Below, in pieces: positions 34,187 through 44,380 of a stretch of DNA of 49,759 nucleotides; position 1 is the stretch's first letter, and every line of letters starts with the position of its first letter. The notes below the pieces were generated by a model that had not been told where the DNA came from, made no database searches, and worked only from the letters and a program-made list of their open reading frames with translations. This DNA is from a virus (taxonomy: Duplodnaviria > Caudoviricetes), in the IMG/VR virus record IMGVR_UViG_3300037483_000961, positions 1 to 49,759 of that record, one strand, 5' to 3'. A program made the translations under genes and the position numbers.

Positions 34187-34567
34187 ATGAAGAAGATAAT
34201 TTATGCTTTGGTTCTTATTGCCATAATTTCGGTGACAGGGTGCAGTGATGCAATGGTAACATCAAGTAATATTTCACGAGCTGCTGATCAGTTTGAAATT
34301 TATCGACGAGTTGTTTTCTATAATGGCATAACTGATCAATATATCTTAATGGTTGAAGGCTATTCGTCAATCAATAAAAGCGTCGAAAAACAACAGTTTG
34401 AAATAATTGTTAAAACTGATGATGGCCAGTATATGAAGCATTTTCTCGGCCTATCTGACAATGTAACATATTTTGCAGAACAGATTGAGCCATCGAAGGT
34501 CCGTAGTGACAAGTATAGAGTAATTTTCAAACCTTCTGCTATTGTACCCGATATTGATTTGAGATAA
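34187..34567 (+). CDS. Phage lipoprotein
   Basis: Lipobox VTGC; ADQFEIYRRVVFYNGITD...GLSDNVTYF pattern recalled from a common phage family. Confidence 0.8.
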   Translation: MKKIIYALVLIAIISVTGCSDAMVTSSNISRAADQFEIYRRVVFYNGITDQYILMVEGYSSINKSVEKQQFEIIVKTDDGQYMKHFLGLSDNVTYFAEQIEPSKVRSDKYRVIFKPSAIVPDIDLR

Positions 34568-34613
34568 TTAGAAGAAGAGGGAAAAAGACGGCATCAATTA
34601 AAGGAAAAACAAA

Positions 34614-34799
34614 ATGGAAACGATTCAACAAAATGAACTTGTAACTTATGAGTGTCCAAATTGTGGATATATTACAAGAGATAAACGAGATGAAAAAATA
34701 AATTGCCTGAAGTGCCAACCAGACTTTGAAGGATGGACGCAAACCATCAAAACACTTGAACGAGTTAATCAGGTTCCGTTGGAGGAAAAGTGGACCTAA
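34614..34799 (+). CDS. Small zinc-ribbon protein
   Basis: CPNC...CLKC. Confidence 0.65.
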   Translation: METIQQNELVTYECPNCGYITRDKRDEKINCLKCQPDFEGWTQTIKTLERVNQVPLEEKWT

Positions 34800-35698
34800 A
34801 GCTCGAACTAAAGTATCGCCCTCAAACGTGGGACCAGATTCTTGGCAACAATACCGTAGTACAATCTGTTAGAAATAGTCTTGATCGTAATGAAAACAAC
34901 ACGTTCCTTTTTGTCGGACCTAAAGGATGTGGTAAAACATCTATTGGAAGAATCATTGGACAACATTTAGGTATTGATTCTATTTCAGAATTTAACTGTT
35001 CTGATGAAAATACAATTGATTTTGCCAGAGAAATTGTAAAAAAATCTATATACAAGGGATTCGAAGGTAACAAGCTATTCATTTTTGATGAGTGCCAGCG
35101 CCTAACGGACGGAGCCCAGAATGTCCTATTAAAGATAATGGAAGAACCCCCGGACCACATTAGGCTGGTATTCCTGACTACAGATCCACAAAAATTGGTC
35201 CCTGCATTTGTTTCTCGGTGTAGTAACTACACTATATCAAAACCAAATAGAGAAGATCTGATTAATCATTTGCAAATTATTGCAAAAAACGAAAACATAA
35301 TTACGAACGAAGAAACACTCAAATTAATCGTTCGTGCTTCTGAAAACACTCCAAGAGATAGTTTGATTTTGTTAGGCCAGTTAAAAGATGTGCCAATTGA
35401 AAATCAAAGTGAACTAATTCGAAAAACAGAGACAAAGTCTTCAGATTTTGCTACAATTTGTAGAACTATTTTAACTGGTGTGTGGGACACAAATATTGCT
35501 CCATTATTTAAGGATATTGCGTTCGATCCTGAAGGATTTAGAAGATTTGCAATTGGGTATTTTGGTAGAGTACTTGTAGGACAAGGAGGGAATAAAGACA
35601 GAGCAAGTAGGATGATTAATATTATGGCGAATATTCCAGTGGGTTCGCCAGCAGCAGTAGTAATTAGCGGTTGTTATACCGCAGTAAAAACAACATAG
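34790..35698 (+). CDS. Clamp-loader AAA+ ATPase (DnaX-like)
   Basis: KYRPQTW, GPKGCGKT, DECQRL, NVLLK.MEEPP, SRC. Confidence 0.9.
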   Translation: MDLKLELKYRPQTWDQILGNNTVVQSVRNSLDRNENNTFLFVGPKGCGKTSIGRIIGQHLGIDSISEFNCSDENTIDFAREIVKKSIYKGFEGNKLFIFDECQRLTDGAQNVLLKIMEEPPDHIRLVFLTTDPQKLVPAFVSRCSNYTISKPNREDLINHLQIIAKNENIITNEETLKLIVRASENTPRDSLILLGQLKDVPIENQSELIRKTETKSSDFATICRTILTGVWDTNIAPLFKDIAFDPEGFRRFAIGYFGRVLVGQGGNKDRASRMINIMANIPVGSPAAVVISGCYTAVKTT

Positions 35699-35708
35699 GA
35701 GGGTCACA

Positions 35709-35945
35709 GTGATGACTTATGAGATTGAGGAAGACGGAGTAGGGCAAGTTATTGTACATGATGGTATGGGAAACATAGTTGTAGGCAAGCCTATATTTGT
35801 GACAGGAAGATCGGTAGGTACTAATGAACGACCTTGGCAGGAGTTCATGGATGTTTTTGTTCAAAACCTTAGAGGACTTGGTTACATCATCGGACGAAAA
35901 AATCTGATCAACTACATTAATGAATCGGAGACCATTAATGAATAG
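35709..35945 (+). CDS. Hypothetical protein
   Basis: 78 aa, AGGAGG RBS. Confidence 0.6.
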   Translation: MMTYEIEEDGVGQVIVHDGMGNIVVGKPIFVTGRSVGTNERPWQEFMDVFVQNLRGLGYIIGRKNLINYINESETINE

Positions 35946-36507
35946 AGACAGAACAGTATCTTTAGTTCTGGAAAAGTTTCTAATTTATAGCCAATGGACG
36001 GCCACTACGTCTGTGCATAAGGATGCGCAGACGGCCATTTTGTGTTGCCTATTGGGTATGTCGGGAGAAATGGGTGAATACATAAGACACACCGAAGATG
36101 GTTTTGTTTCAGTTGATGAATCAGAGCTTCTTCAAAAGGAAATTGGTGATATCCTATGGTATATAGGGCATCTTGCTTATAGATTAGGTATTACTCAAGA
36201 CATAAAGATTATTCCAGACGAAGTTGATTTTGGTATTTACGATAACGGATTTGATTCTGTTTCAAAGATCCATGAAATGTTCAAGAAGGTGATTAGGGAT
36301 TTTGATTTTGATGTAGATGAATCAGGAAAAAAACCGGAAATCATCAAGCAACTTTCAGTTCTATTGACTGCCGTGTTTAATGAAGTGGAACAGGATGAGT
36401 TCTCAGAATCAGATGTGGATTTTATTTCTATTCTTGAAACCAACATGGAAAAATTAGAAAGCAGAAAGAACAGAAATAAGATAAGAGGTGACGGGGATGA
36501 GCGATGA
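35920..36507 (+). CDS. MazG-like nucleoside triphosphate pyrophosphohydrolase (duplicated domain)
   Basis: LGMSGEMGE, KEIGDILWY, N.EKLESR..R.KIRGDGDER. Confidence 0.85.
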   Translation: MNRRPLMNRDRTVSLVLEKFLIYSQWTATTSVHKDAQTAILCCLLGMSGEMGEYIRHTEDGFVSVDESELLQKEIGDILWYIGHLAYRLGITQDIKIIPDEVDFGIYDNGFDSVSKIHEMFKKVIRDFDFDVDESGKKPEIIKQLSVLLTAVFNEVEQDEFSESDVDFISILETNMEKLESRKNRNKIRGDGDER

Positions 36508-36988
36508 AAGAGACATTCAAGCTGATTTGGAAATCGATCCTAATAATCTTGAAATAGCTGCTGTACAACATGCAACACTTCTTGACCATTATTCTGAAGA
36601 GTACACTAAAGCTAAAGATGAATATCGATTTATGGAATTGGATTTGAATGTTTTAACTGCCAAGAAAGCTGCTTTGATTCGATCTAAAAGATACCCTGAT
36701 CTCGGTGAAGATTTCAAACCAACAGACAAGTCGGTTGAATCTATTCTTACAGCAGATGAAGAAATCGTAGCCGAAACAAGGAAGGTATTGAAACAAAAAA
36801 GCTACGTAGAAAGAATGGGTTCTGTGGTTGATGCTTTCGGCCATAGAAAAAGCATGATTCAAAAACTAGTTGATTTATTTATTTACAATTATTATAGTGA
36901 TGTTAAACCAAGTAAATTAGGAAAATCAGTAATTTCTACCAATGATCCTCAGTTAAAACATTTAGCCAATTTAGAGCAAACACAGTAA
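36488..36988 (+). CDS. Coiled-coil protein, possible UvsY-like recombination mediator
   Basis: DLEIDPNNL N-terminus, helical content, position before SSB and RecA. Confidence 0.5.
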   Translation: MTGMSDERDIQADLEIDPNNLEIAAVQHATLLDHYSEEYTKAKDEYRFMELDLNVLTAKKAALIRSKRYPDLGEDFKPTDKSVESILTADEEIVAETRKVLKQKSYVERMGSVVDAFGHRKSMIQKLVDLFIYNYYSDVKPSKLGKSVISTNDPQLKHLANLEQTQ

Positions 36989-36998
36989 TTTTATTTTT

Positions 36999-38237
36999 AT
37001 GGAGGAATTCATGTCAGATGTTGATTATGGCGTATTCATGGGCTCGACCTACACGAATACAATTTCGGCACCACTAAGACCGAAAAGTAAGTATTTGTCG
37101 GTGATAGATTATCCGGCAATTAAACAGAAATACGGAATAGAGAAGATCAAACTTGTTCCTAATGGAGAATATGTTTTTGATTTTCTTCCCTTTCCTGTTT
37201 CTCCAGCTCATCCTAGATTTAAGGAACTCACAGCTTTATTCCAAGGCGGAACCCCACTTGATTGGCAACTAAGTGTTTTCTTACACAAAGTACAGGGAGA
37301 AAACGGAGAACAGAAGTTCATTTGTCCTAAAAAGACATTCGGTAAGCCTTGTTTCTTTTGTGATGAAAGTTATCGATTGTATCTTCTTGGTACCCCTGAA
37401 AGCAAAATAGAACGAAAGAAGTTCAACGATGTTCAGCGGGATTTCTATATCGTTCGTAATCATGCTGATGGCAAAGTATATATCATGGAATATTCCAACT
37501 ATTTATTTGGAGAACGACTTCAAAAGAAGTTGAGTAGAACCAATAGTTCTAATGTTCAGGTTATACTTCCTAAACCGACAGCCAACGGGCATTCTTTGCA
37601 TTTCTGGATTGAAGAATCTACTACCATGGGAAAAGACGGGAAGCCGTTCATTGGAGAGATTAACGAGATTGAATTTGTTCCTCGACCAGAGCCTATCGAT
37701 CCTGAAATATTAAAGTCCCTACCAGCTCTTGATGAGTTTCTTGTGCAATACACCAATGAAGAAATTATATCGTTTCATGACGGTACCTATTTCATAGGAG
37801 CCCAAGAAGACGAAGAGGGGTCTGTAAATAATTTTGCACCAGTTAGTCAGCCAGTTACAAGTCAAGTTAATACTACACAGCCTGTTGTAAATCTTACATC
37901 CAATGTAGAACAAAAAAGTAACGTAGTTATTGGAGGACGCGCTCCGATTGGATTCCAGACTTCTGAATCTGTTGCTGAAGCACAGAACCCGTTCCCACAA
38001 GTTTCACAAGAACCTGCAACGAAACATGTAGAGATACAACAACCTTCTGTTTCAGATATGACCCGAGAAGAACGACGAAAGCTCAGGGGAGCACGAAATA
38101 CTCAAGTGGTAACACCTGATCCTGTTTGCCCTGCTGGTGGAGAATTTGGCCGTGATATCGACAGCTTTGATTCGTGTCTTGAATGTGGTCTGTATCAGGC
38201 ATGTGAAGAAAAATACAATAGTACCAACAATGTGTAG
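36999..38237 (+). CDS. Single-stranded DNA-binding protein (gp32-like), Cys-rich C-terminus
   Basis: DFLPF, H...CPKKTFGKPCFFC zinc motif, low-complexity tail; sits before RecA. Confidence 0.65.
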   Translation: MEEFMSDVDYGVFMGSTYTNTISAPLRPKSKYLSVIDYPAIKQKYGIEKIKLVPNGEYVFDFLPFPVSPAHPRFKELTALFQGGTPLDWQLSVFLHKVQGENGEQKFICPKKTFGKPCFFCDESYRLYLLGTPESKIERKKFNDVQRDFYIVRNHADGKVYIMEYSNYLFGERLQKKLSRTNSSNVQVILPKPTANGHSLHFWIEESTTMGKDGKPFIGEINEIEFVPRPEPIDPEILKSLPALDEFLVQYTNEEIISFHDGTYFIGAQEDEEGSVNNFAPVSQPVTSQVNTTQPVVNLTSNVEQKSNVVIGGRAPIGFQTSESVAEAQNPFPQVSQEPATKHVEIQQPSVSDMTREERRKLRGARNTQVVTPDPVCPAGGEFGRDIDSFDSCLECGLYQACEEKYNSTNNV

Positions 38238-38246
38238 TTTTTATAG

Positions 38247-38274
38247 AGCCCTGGGAATCCAGGGCTTAGGTTTT
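38247..38274 (+). terminator. Stem-loop / possible terminator after SSB
   Basis: AGCCCTGG-GAAT-CCAGGGCT followed by a T-rich tract. Confidence 0.5.
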
Positions 38275-38279
38275 CGATC

Positions 38280-39539
38280 ATGAAATACGATAAACAGATC
38301 GACAACTTAGCAACATCGAGGGCAAAATTGCAAGAAGAAAAACAACAAGAAATTAATATAACCACTGGATCGGAATTATTTGATTTGATAATCGGCGGAG
38401 GAGGATGGGGTCCATTTGGGCGCATAGTCAATATCATTGGGGATTCTAGTTCGTTTAAAACGTATTTGGTTTGTGAAGCTATTTACCAAGCAAAGAAAGC
38501 TTTTAAGACTTCACTAAAAATCAGATACAATGATGCTGAATCAGGATTCAACTTTAATACACAAGAACTGTATGGTTATTCAATGGAACCGTACGTTGTG
38601 CGTACACCAACCATAGAAGCGTTTGCGTCAGATCTTCAATCATTTTGCAAGGAAATAAACACAAAAAAAGGAGAGCTTGGTATTTATGTCGTAGACTCTT
38701 TTGACGGATTAGCTAGTGATGCTGATATTGAAGAATTCGAAAAAAGACTTGAGGCATATGAAGATGATAAAGACTTTAAAAAGGGTTCTTATGACATGTC
38801 CAAACAGAAGTTTAGTTCTAAACTATTTAGAACCTTGAGTCAGAATATCATTAAAGCCAATGTTTTACTTATTATTATTTCTCAAATCAGAGACAATGTA
38901 GGTGTTTCTTTTGGACAAAAATGGACTGTATCAGGCGGACAAGCGTTAAAGTTTTATAGCACAATTAGAGTATTTCTGCAATTGGTAGACAAGTATTCGG
39001 TAGAAGACAGACAAATCGGAGCAACCGTTAAAGCCACAGGTATGAAGGTTCGAGCAAAGCATCCGTTTAGAGAAGTATTTGTTAATATGCTTTTTGAATT
39101 TGGAGTGGATGCAGTGTCAACTCATATTGACTATTTATACGATCTTAGAGATAATTATGGAAAGTTGAAAGAGGCTTCCGTAATCAATAACATTGCATGG
39201 ACTGAAGACACAAAGCCTGTTAATTCGGTTTCACTGAAAGAATTTCTTCAAGAAAAAGATCTCTTAGAAGAAGCTACGATGTATATCAAAGATAATCTCG
39301 GGAAAGATGGTTCTAAGGGTAGAATGTCTCAAGGGAACATTATTGAATATATAAAACTTGACCCAGAACTCTACTCTGAGTATCTTTCTACTTTCGGAGT
39401 AATTGATAGGGATTCTCTTATCCAACATGTTCTCAATAATGACATGGAAGATGAAATTGCTCAGAAAGCAGTGGCAAAATGGTTTGCTGTAGAAAAAAGA
39501 ATAAAGCCTGTTCGTAAACAAAAGACACTGAAGGAATAA
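38280..39539 (+). CDS. recA: RecA/UvsX-like recombinase
   Basis: TTGS..FD..IGGGG.PFGRIV.I.GDSSSFKT, DAE, VVDS, SQIRDNVG, SGGQALKFYST.R. Confidence 0.9.
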   Translation: MKYDKQIDNLATSRAKLQEEKQQEINITTGSELFDLIIGGGGWGPFGRIVNIIGDSSSFKTYLVCEAIYQAKKAFKTSLKIRYNDAESGFNFNTQELYGYSMEPYVVRTPTIEAFASDLQSFCKEINTKKGELGIYVVDSFDGLASDADIEEFEKRLEAYEDDKDFKKGSYDMSKQKFSSKLFRTLSQNIIKANVLLIIISQIRDNVGVSFGQKWTVSGGQALKFYSTIRVFLQLVDKYSVEDRQIGATVKATGMKVRAKHPFREVFVNMLFEFGVDAVSTHIDYLYDLRDNYGKLKEASVINNIAWTEDTKPVNSVSLKEFLQEKDLLEEATMYIKDNLGKDGSKGRMSQGNIIEYIKLDPELYSEYLSTFGVIDRDSLIQHVLNNDMEDEIAQKAVAKWFAVEKRIKPVRKQKTLKE

Positions 39540-39540
39540 C

Positions 39541-39837
39541 ATGTGGGAAGATATTAGGAAATACTTGAAGCTAATTGAAACATCGGAACAGGACACGGAA
39601 GAAGCCGTGTTCCGGCTAATTGAATTCTTGCAAGGTGTTCCTGGGCTATCTGTAGAAAAACAAGAACAAATAGAATCAACGTTGTATGATCTTATGGATG
39701 AAACTGAAAAAGTTACACAATTGTTCAAAAAAGCTCGACCGTTTATTGAAAGTATCGTAACGACAGAAGAAGTACAATGGGTACTTCATGGAGAATTTGA
39801 AGAAGATCCCGTTATGGAAGGGGATGAATTTGAATAG
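39541..39837 (+). CDS. Hypothetical acidic protein
   Basis: 98 aa, coupled to the RecA stop. Confidence 0.65.
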   Translation: MWEDIRKYLKLIETSEQDTEEAVFRLIEFLQGVPGLSVEKQEQIESTLYDLMDETEKVTQLFKKARPFIESIVTTEEVQWVLHGEFEEDPVMEGDEFE

Positions 39838-40288
39838 GAAGGATTTGAAGTCTATTTCAGAGATCCTGTCTTGTATAGATTCCCCTGAAGCATTAAGACT
39901 TTATAAGAAACTTCAAAAAGAATTGGTTCCTATTTCTGTTTCCTCTCGTAAAGCAAAAGGACGAGGGCTACAGCAAACAGTAGCCCAAAGTTTTAGCGAC
40001 GGAACAGGGATTCCTTGGGGATATAACAACGAAGAGATACAACCTAGACTTATGGGCGGTAGCGGAACAGATGTGATAATTACAGGAAGAGCCAGAGAAC
40101 TTATTCCGTTCGACGTGGAATGCAAAAATACAGAAAGCTTTAGTATCAAATCTGTTATTCAACAAGCAAAAGCTAATACTGAACAAGGCAGATATTGGCT
40201 TATCGTCCACAAAAGAAAAGGCGAAGATCCTGTAGCAATAGTCGATTTTCAAATATTTTTGAAATTGTTATTTAAGACGCTTGAATAA
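39788..40288 (+). CDS. Holliday-junction resolvase-like PD-(D/E)xK nuclease
   Basis: SRKAKGRGLQ, GTDV, VECKN. Confidence 0.8.
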   Translation: MENLKKIPLWKGMNLNRKDLKSISEILSCIDSPEALRLYKKLQKELVPISVSSRKAKGRGLQQTVAQSFSDGTGIPWGYNNEEIQPRLMGGSGTDVIITGRARELIPFDVECKNTESFSIKSVIQQAKANTEQGRYWLIVHKRKGEDPVAIVDFQIFLKLLFKTLE

Positions 40289-40299
40289 ATAATCAAAAT

Positions 40300-41022
40300 G
40301 TGGTAAAATACAAGAAAAGGAGTTCATTTGTGCTATACATTTCAGACAAAAGGGACAGAGAATTCAAAGATTTTATTCGCAATAGAAAAGAGTACAATTA
40401 TCTAATAAAGCAGTCAAGTGATTATGTCGTTGAATTAAATACTCCTGTATTTATGGGTTATCGATTTCATGTTGTTCTGGATGATAGAAAAATAAGAAAT
40501 CTTCATCCAAAAACAATAGCTTTGTTAAAATACTTAGAAGCGAACTGGACTCGGTATGGTGTTGTTTTTGATTCAAAGAATCCTAAAGAACTAATCGGAT
40601 ACAATATCGTAGATGATAAAATTAATTATGGGAAGCGGAATTGGATGTTTCTAAGTGGGGAAGGTTTGTTTTATGTCTTGTATTTGAGTCAACTTTCTCA
40701 AAATGTACCTGACGAATTTATGAAAGCATTATCAATAAAGCACACAGTAGAATACTTTGGTAGACATAGTATCGCTTACACCGTATCAGTACAATATAGA
40801 AAGTTTTTTCGATTGAAAAGAACTAAAGAATTCAGAACAACTTTACTACTTAAAGATACCGAATATCAAAAAAGATTAGATTTTTTGTCACAAGAAATAA
40901 ACAAGTACTACCTGTTGCATGTTGGATACGGAAAACTCACACAGAGAGAATATGACCGTAAAATGAAACGAAAACTACCTATTGTATCTGAAGAAGATGT
41001 TACGGAGGCATTGAATGTTTGA
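40300..41022 (+). CDS. Hypothetical protein
   Basis: 240-aa basic ORF within the operon. Confidence 0.65.
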   Translation: MVKYKKRSSFVLYISDKRDREFKDFIRNRKEYNYLIKQSSDYVVELNTPVFMGYRFHVVLDDRKIRNLHPKTIALLKYLEANWTRYGVVFDSKNPKELIGYNIVDDKINYGKRNWMFLSGEGLFYVLYLSQLSQNVPDEFMKALSIKHTVEYFGRHSIAYTVSVQYRKFFRLKRTKEFRTTLLLKDTEYQKRLDFLSQEINKYYLLHVGYGKLTQREYDRKMKRKLPIVSEEDVTEALNV

Positions 41023-42238
41023 ATCTTTGGAAGTAGAAAACTTCCAATCTCACAAAAAAACGAAAATAGAATTTTCTCCTGGTGTAAATACTATTATCGG
41101 GACATCCGACAGAGGCAAGTCAGCACTTATACGGTCTATGGTTCTGGTTTCAACTAATAAACCAGACGGTACTGATTATGTGAGCGATTGGCTAACTAAT
41201 GAAAAAGGTAAGATAAAGGGGAATAGTAAATCAACAATAGTTACAACTGACGGATATACTGTTTCGAGGGTTCGAGGCGAGCTAAACCAATACGAAATAA
41301 AAACATCTGATGAAGATGCTGTAGTTTTAAAAGCCTTTGGCCGAGGAAGTGTGCCTGATGATATCACAGAGATTCTTAATTTGAGCGATATCAACATTCA
41401 AAAACAAGAAGATAACTTTTTTCTATTAGGTGTTTCGTCGACTGAAGTCGTGAAAGCTATAAATTCATTTGTTAATCTTGAACTTATTGATATTGTTGCA
41501 TCAAACGGACACACAGCATATGTTAGGAATAACAGAGAGCAGGCTGTAGCTGTTTCCCAAATAGAAGACGTTGATTCTAAGTTATTGGGTTTTGAGGTAA
41601 TAGACGCACTGGACCCGATGTTACTTTCTATAGAAGAAGAATTTGATTCTCTGGTGCAGAAAAAAGTAACTATTGTCTCTTTGACTGAAATAGTTGACAA
41701 AATCAAAAACATCAAAGAGAGTTTGCTTATATACCGAAATCTGGAACGGGTCGATAGAATGGTAACTTTGGCTGTTCAACAACAAAACGAAATTAGAGAA
41801 ATCAAGGCCAAAACCCAACGCATTCAAGATCTGCTTACACAGTACAAACTACTAAAGGCACAATACATCGTCATTCCTGGTACGTTGGAAAGCGAAATCC
41901 AAGAAGCAAAGAATGTATCAGATAAGTTACTATCTGTTCAAACGAGAATAAATAAGATTCAGGAAATACTTGCTCAGATTTCCAGAATAAAGTTGGAAAT
42001 AGATAATAGCAGACTACTTGCTGAGGCAGAAATCAATGATTGTTTTGGAATTCAGAACGGGATTGTTAAAAAGAAAGAAACCATTACAAGAATACAGGGT
42101 TTGATTGATTCTGCAAAAAGAATAAAACAAAATATCACAATACTATCACAAAGTATTGCAATCAAAGAAGAAGAGTTCAAAAAGATCATGCCTGATGTTT
42201 GCCCTTTGTGTGGCAGTGTGCATGAGAGGGAAGTGTAA
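41015..42238 (+). CDS. SbcC/Rad50 N-terminal half (Walker A, Q-loop, coiled coil, zinc hook)
   Basis: ENFQSH, GTSDRGKS, NIQKQ, terminal CPLCG. Confidence 0.88.
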   Translation: MFESLEVENFQSHKKTKIEFSPGVNTIIGTSDRGKSALIRSMVLVSTNKPDGTDYVSDWLTNEKGKIKGNSKSTIVTTDGYTVSRVRGELNQYEIKTSDEDAVVLKAFGRGSVPDDITEILNLSDINIQKQEDNFFLLGVSSTEVVKAINSFVNLELIDIVASNGHTAYVRNNREQAVAVSQIEDVDSKLLGFEVIDALDPMLLSIEEEFDSLVQKKVTIVSLTEIVDKIKNIKESLLIYRNLERVDRMVTLAVQQQNEIREIKAKTQRIQDLLTQYKLLKAQYIVIPGTLESEIQEAKNVSDKLLSVQTRINKIQEILAQISRIKLEIDNSRLLAEAEINDCFGIQNGIVKKKETITRIQGLIDSAKRIKQNITILSQSIAIKEEEFKKIMPDVCPLCGSVHEREV

Positions 42239-43128
42239 TGGAATACCCTAAATTTATTATGTCCAGTGATCCTCATCTTAGACCTGATACCCCAGAGGCA
42301 AGACTGGATGACTATCTGGAATCGCAAAAAAAGATTATCGAGTTATTAAGGCATTATGTAGAAGATCTTGGTTATATTGCATTGTGTTCGGGCGACGTGA
42401 CTCATAGAGCGAGAGAAAGAAAAGAGCCTGTAACATTTGTGAATTTCTTATTGGAAAACCTGCCTTTAATGTATGGTGTAGAAGGAAATCACGACGAACT
42501 TTATCATTCTTCAGATCATTTACGGCACACAACTTTAGGCTCTTTAGTTTTTGCCAATAAGTACAAACGAATAGAGCATGAGGTTTTCGGAAATGTGCAT
42601 GTTTATGGGTATGGGTATGGTAAAAAGATTCAACATGTTGGAAGAGGAAATGCCCAAGATTTTGTCAATATAGCAGTGTATCACGGAATGGTCTTACAGG
42701 AACGCAATCCTTTTTTTGACGGATTAATAGCTGAAGATATCTTGAAAGAGTTCCCGGAATATGACATTATCTTAACTGGAGATAACCATAAAACGTTTGT
42801 AGTTTCTTTGGACAATCGAGTCCTTATAAATGCCGGTTCTTGGAAAAGAGATTCGGTGGATCAAATCGACCATAAACCTGTTATGTTTACCTTTGATTCT
42901 TTTACTAGAAAAATAGATATTGTTCCTATACCCACTGACAATGATATTATTTCAACCGAACATATAGAAAAGGAAAAAGCCAGAAACGAAAGACTTGAAA
43001 CACTATCTGATACGTTTAAAGAAGTTAGAAACATAACTTTGGATTATGAAAATAATTTATACAATTTCTACGAGGAGAACAAAACGGAACAAGATGTACA
43101 AAGGAAGATAGAAACATGGATGCACTAA
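42238..43128 (+). CDS. sbcD: SbcD/Mre11-like nuclease
   Basis: SDPH, GDV, GNHD, YHG, GDNH, NAGS. Confidence 0.88.
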   Translation: MEYPKFIMSSDPHLRPDTPEARLDDYLESQKKIIELLRHYVEDLGYIALCSGDVTHRARERKEPVTFVNFLLENLPLMYGVEGNHDELYHSSDHLRHTTLGSLVFANKYKRIEHEVFGNVHVYGYGYGKKIQHVGRGNAQDFVNIAVYHGMVLQERNPFFDGLIAEDILKEFPEYDIILTGDNHKTFVVSLDNRVLINAGSWKRDSVDQIDHKPVMFTFDSFTRKIDIVPIPTDNDIISTEHIEKEKARNERLETLSDTFKEVRNITLDYENNLYNFYEENKTEQDVQRKIETWMH

Positions 43129-43784
43129 AAAATCAGATAAGATTGTTCAGGAACGAGATTGAACAATTAAAAGGTCAAAAAGATGCTTTACTTTTAATGA
43201 AAAAAGAAGCCGAATTCAAATTGGTTACGCTTGTAGAAGACGGCTTGATTATAGAAAAAGGTATAGCCACAGCTCAAGAAGTAGCTGCAATGACACAGAA
43301 CACATTGAAGTTATCCATTGAACCTATTGTGGCATCGGCTATGGAAATAGTATACAAAGAACATGCTTACGGTTTTGAGTTGGAGTTCGACAAGAAAAGC
43401 AGTAAAACAGTATGTAATTTGTGGTTCACCAGGGAGGGAAGAAGATTCGAACCACTTGCATCATCTGGATTCGGTGTAGTTGATGTGGCAGCTTTTGCTA
43501 TGAGATTAGCTTTATGGAACATCAGCAGACCAGCAACAAGACCGGTGTTTATTCTGGATGAACCATTTAAGCATGTATCTGAAGATCTTCAAGAAAGTGT
43601 TATGGAAATGGTTCAGGTACTTTCCAGCAAACTTGGATTACAAATTATTATGGTAACACACAATAAAGAATCTGATGTAGTTAGTGCTTCTAATAAAATA
43701 TTTGTAGTCAAAATGGACAATAAGTTTATTTCATTTGTTAAAGAAATGAAAGAAAGGGCTGATTTTGGAGAACACAAATCCTGA
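43116..43784 (+). CDS. SbcC/Rad50 C-terminal half
   Basis: Coiled coil, signature-like SSGFG, Walker B/D-loop ILDEPFKHVS, H-loop MVTH. Confidence 0.88.
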   Translation: MDALKNQIRLFRNEIEQLKGQKDALLLMKKEAEFKLVTLVEDGLIIEKGIATAQEVAAMTQNTLKLSIEPIVASAMEIVYKEHAYGFELEFDKKSSKTVCNLWFTREGRRFEPLASSGFGVVDVAAFAMRLALWNISRPATRPVFILDEPFKHVSEDLQESVMEMVQVLSSKLGLQIIMVTHNKESDVVSASNKIFVVKMDNKFISFVKEMKERADFGEHKS

Positions 43785-43925
43785 TAGAGTTTCTGTTCCA
43801 ATTTTGATCATGAGTAGAATAATGAATTTAATAAGGGAAGGAGAGAATAGTGAAGCTATAAATACTTTTGTATCACTGTATACGCTTTTAAATGTGGACG
43901 ATTTACGTAATGAATTCTTTTCTCA

Positions 43926-44141
43926 GTGGGAGGAAAAATGAAAGTAACTATAGAGTTACAAAATGAACAGGAAATTGTTCAGTATCTGACTATGAAGCAA
44001 CAATTAGAAGATTTGTGTGTACTGGTACGACAAATAAAAAATAAGTTTGTAGTAGATGGGTGTTCAAGGGCGCTTTACCAGGAAGCAATCATTAATCTTG
44101 GTATTGACGAAGAAAAATATAATATAGGAGATACGCAATGA
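43926..44141 (+). CDS. Hypothetical protein
   Basis: GGAGG before MKVTIE suggests an internal start. Confidence 0.6.
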   Translation: MGGKMKVTIELQNEQEIVQYLTMKQQLEDLCVLVRQIKNKFVVDGCSRALYQEAIINLGIDEEKYNIGDTQ

Positions 44142-44380
44142 GTGATTTACTTTTAAAAATGAAAACAGAAATTGATAGCGACAAAAACAAAAATAGCCGT
44201 CTTGAGGGAGAATTAGATGGTGTGATGAAACAATTGAAGGATCAGTATGGATTGTCTTCAGAAGAGGAAGCGCAGGCAGAAATCGACAAGCAAATAGAAG
44301 AATCAGGAATTATGGAAGCCTCGCTTGCTTCCAGAATAGATAAACTAAAGACATCTTACACTTGGAAGACTATTTCATAG
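44138..44380 (+). CDS. Hypothetical coiled-coil protein
   Basis: 80 aa, ATGA overlap, AGGAG RBS. Confidence 0.65.
   Translation: MSDLLLKMKTEIDSDKNKNSRLEGELDGVMKQLKDQYGLSSEEEAQAEIDKQIEESGIMEASLASRIDKLKTSYTWKTIS

Noticed and set aside
38440-38463. Inactive RecA because Walker A reads GDSSSFKT
   Set aside because: Lys-Thr and the other RecA motifs are intact; one substitution is not enough to claim loss of function
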